NCBI GenBank assembly: GCA_902782445.1 | Contig: CACZNC010000007.1 | Location: 12,292 to 76,291 of the forward strand | Reading direction: 5' to 3' | DNA: 64,000 nt | Source: an uncultured Ruminococcus sp. | GTDB taxonomy: Bacteria; Bacillota; Clostridia; Oscillospirales; CAG-272 | Shown here: positions 63,103 through 64,000 of the stretch, piece after piece | How the letters are laid out: each line of letters begins with the position of its first letter | Position numbering within the stretch: the stretch's first letter is position 1 | Program-made: the position numbers and the translations under genes | The notes under the pieces: generated by a model | The model's database searches: none | The model's input: only the letters and a program-made list of their open reading frames with translations | Told to the model about the DNA's origin: nothing

Positions 63103-64000
63103 ATGAAGATAAAACTGTGCGTCATCGGCGGCGGATCCGTCAACTGGATGCGGGGCCTGATGAAGGACGTCTACACGCTGAACGGCGTCGAAGGAGGGGA
63201 GATCCGTCTCGTGGACCCGAACACGGATCACGTCACCAGCGTGAAGAACATGCTCCTCAAATTCAACGAGCTGACGGGAAAATCATTCGAGGTGGCGATC
63301 GTCGAAGACCGGAAAGCCGCTCTCGCGGGGTGCGATTTCGTGCTGACCACCTTTTCACCCGGCGCGATGGACGCGTTTTGGGGCGACCTCGAGATCCCGG
63401 TCAAATACGGCGTCCGGCTTCCGGTCTCCATGACCTGCGGCATTTCGGGGATCTCCGCCGCCCTGAGAACGGTGCCGGTGGCATACGAGATCACGCAGGA
63501 TATGGAGGAGGTATGCCCCGGCGCGGTTCTGCTCAACGTCACCAACCCCATGACCGCGGTGACGAAGGCCTTCAACCTCCCCGCAAAGACCGTCACAGTC
63601 TACGGGATCTGCCACGAGATCAACAAGCTCGGGGATTATCTCGGCAGAATCCTCGGGCTGAACCGGCCGGAGGGCATGGGGATCGGTACTTACCTCTATT
63701 CCTATCTGAACGAGATCGGCTTCGACTATGCCGTGGCCGGGATCAACCACTATATCTGGCTCGTGAGGGCCAATCTGAACGGCGAGGACATGCTCGGAAA
63801 GATCCGTCAGTTCGCCGAAGAGCACGAAGGATTCCTCGATCTCGGTCCCGACTATATCCCGACCGATACCTACGCCAACAACGGGCAGGCCAAGCTGGCG
63901 CTCTGCCGTCAGTTCGGATACCTGCCCATCCCCGGAGACCGGCACCTCATCGAATTCTGGCCCTCCCTCTGCAACAATCAGACGGGTTTCGGCATGAAGT
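63103..64000 (+). CDS. Glycoside hydrolase family 4 enzyme (NAD/Mn-dependent glucosidase or galactosidase type), 3' end beyond the window
   Basis: Not in the ORF track because it is open-ended. My own translation from ATG 63103 (GGAAGGGAG RBS) gives MKIKLCVIGGGSVNWMRGLM..., LLNVTNPM, YGICHE, AGINHYIWL and PIPGDRHLIEF, which are typical GH4 motifs. Confidence 0.8.
   Translation, partial: MKIKLCVIGGGSVNWMRGLMKDVYTLNGVEGGEIRLVDPNTDHVTSVKNMLLKFNELTGKSFEVAIVEDRKAALAGCDFVLTTFSPGAMDAFWGDLEIPVKYGVRLPVSMTCGISGISAALRTVPVAYEITQDMEEVCPGAVLLNVTNPMTAVTKAFNLPAKTVTVYGICHEINKLGDYLGRILGLNRPEGMGIGTYLYSYLNEIGFDYAVAGINHYIWLVRANLNGEDMLGKIRQFAEEHEGFLDLGPDYIPTDTYANNGQAKLALCRQFGYLPIPGDRHLIEFWPSLCNNQTGFGMK

Noticed and set aside
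62842-63231. 129-aa minus-strand ORF in the MBOAT/GH4 intergenic region
   Set aside because: It overlaps the GH4 promoter, 5' UTR and first 43 codons in antisense. It has no RBS and no recognisable motif.

Overview
High-GC (roughly 60-65% by eye) Firmicutes/Clostridia-type chromosomal window, probably from a spore-forming Oscillospirales-like organism: PolC and DnaE are both present, with SpoIVA, YlmC/YmxH and WhiA. About 85% of genes lie on the minus strand. Most of the window is conserved housekeeping. One block runs rpsB-tsf // pyrH-frr-uppS-cdsA-dxr-rseP-ispG-polC. A second, about 18 kb, is tightly coupled by many ATGA/GTGA stop-start overlaps: nusB-(tsaD-like)-xseA-xseB-ispA-tlyA-nadK-argR-recN-tyrS-HAD-murB-whiA-dnaE-PBP1A. 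A tRNA-Met/Glu/Glu operon follows, and secA, cls, trmL and trmO are also present. Many long ORFs in the track are antisense or out-of-frame artefacts of high GC, and several real genes start downstream of the listed ORF start; starts were re-set using RBS and overlap logic. No CRISPR array, transposase, integrase or recognisable defence genes were seen. Most interesting items: (1) a compact 705-aa stand-alone glycyl radical enzyme with no adjacent activase, divergent from a GDPD gene; (2) two paralogous uncharacterised polytopic membrane proteins translationally coupled to secA where prfB usually sits; (3) an ECF sigma/anti-sigma cassette flanked by ~130-nt direct repeats, one being a gene-less copy of the neighbouring gene's 3' end, with an internally duplicated unknown domain in the anti-sigma; (4) a 4.4-kb insertion splitting tsf from pyrH, bordered by AT-rich ORF-free structured segments, one of which supplies the stop codon of an apparently 3'-shortened tsf; (5) rseP with no canonical start codon. 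All calls rest on reading translated motifs and sequence patterns; no database search was possible.
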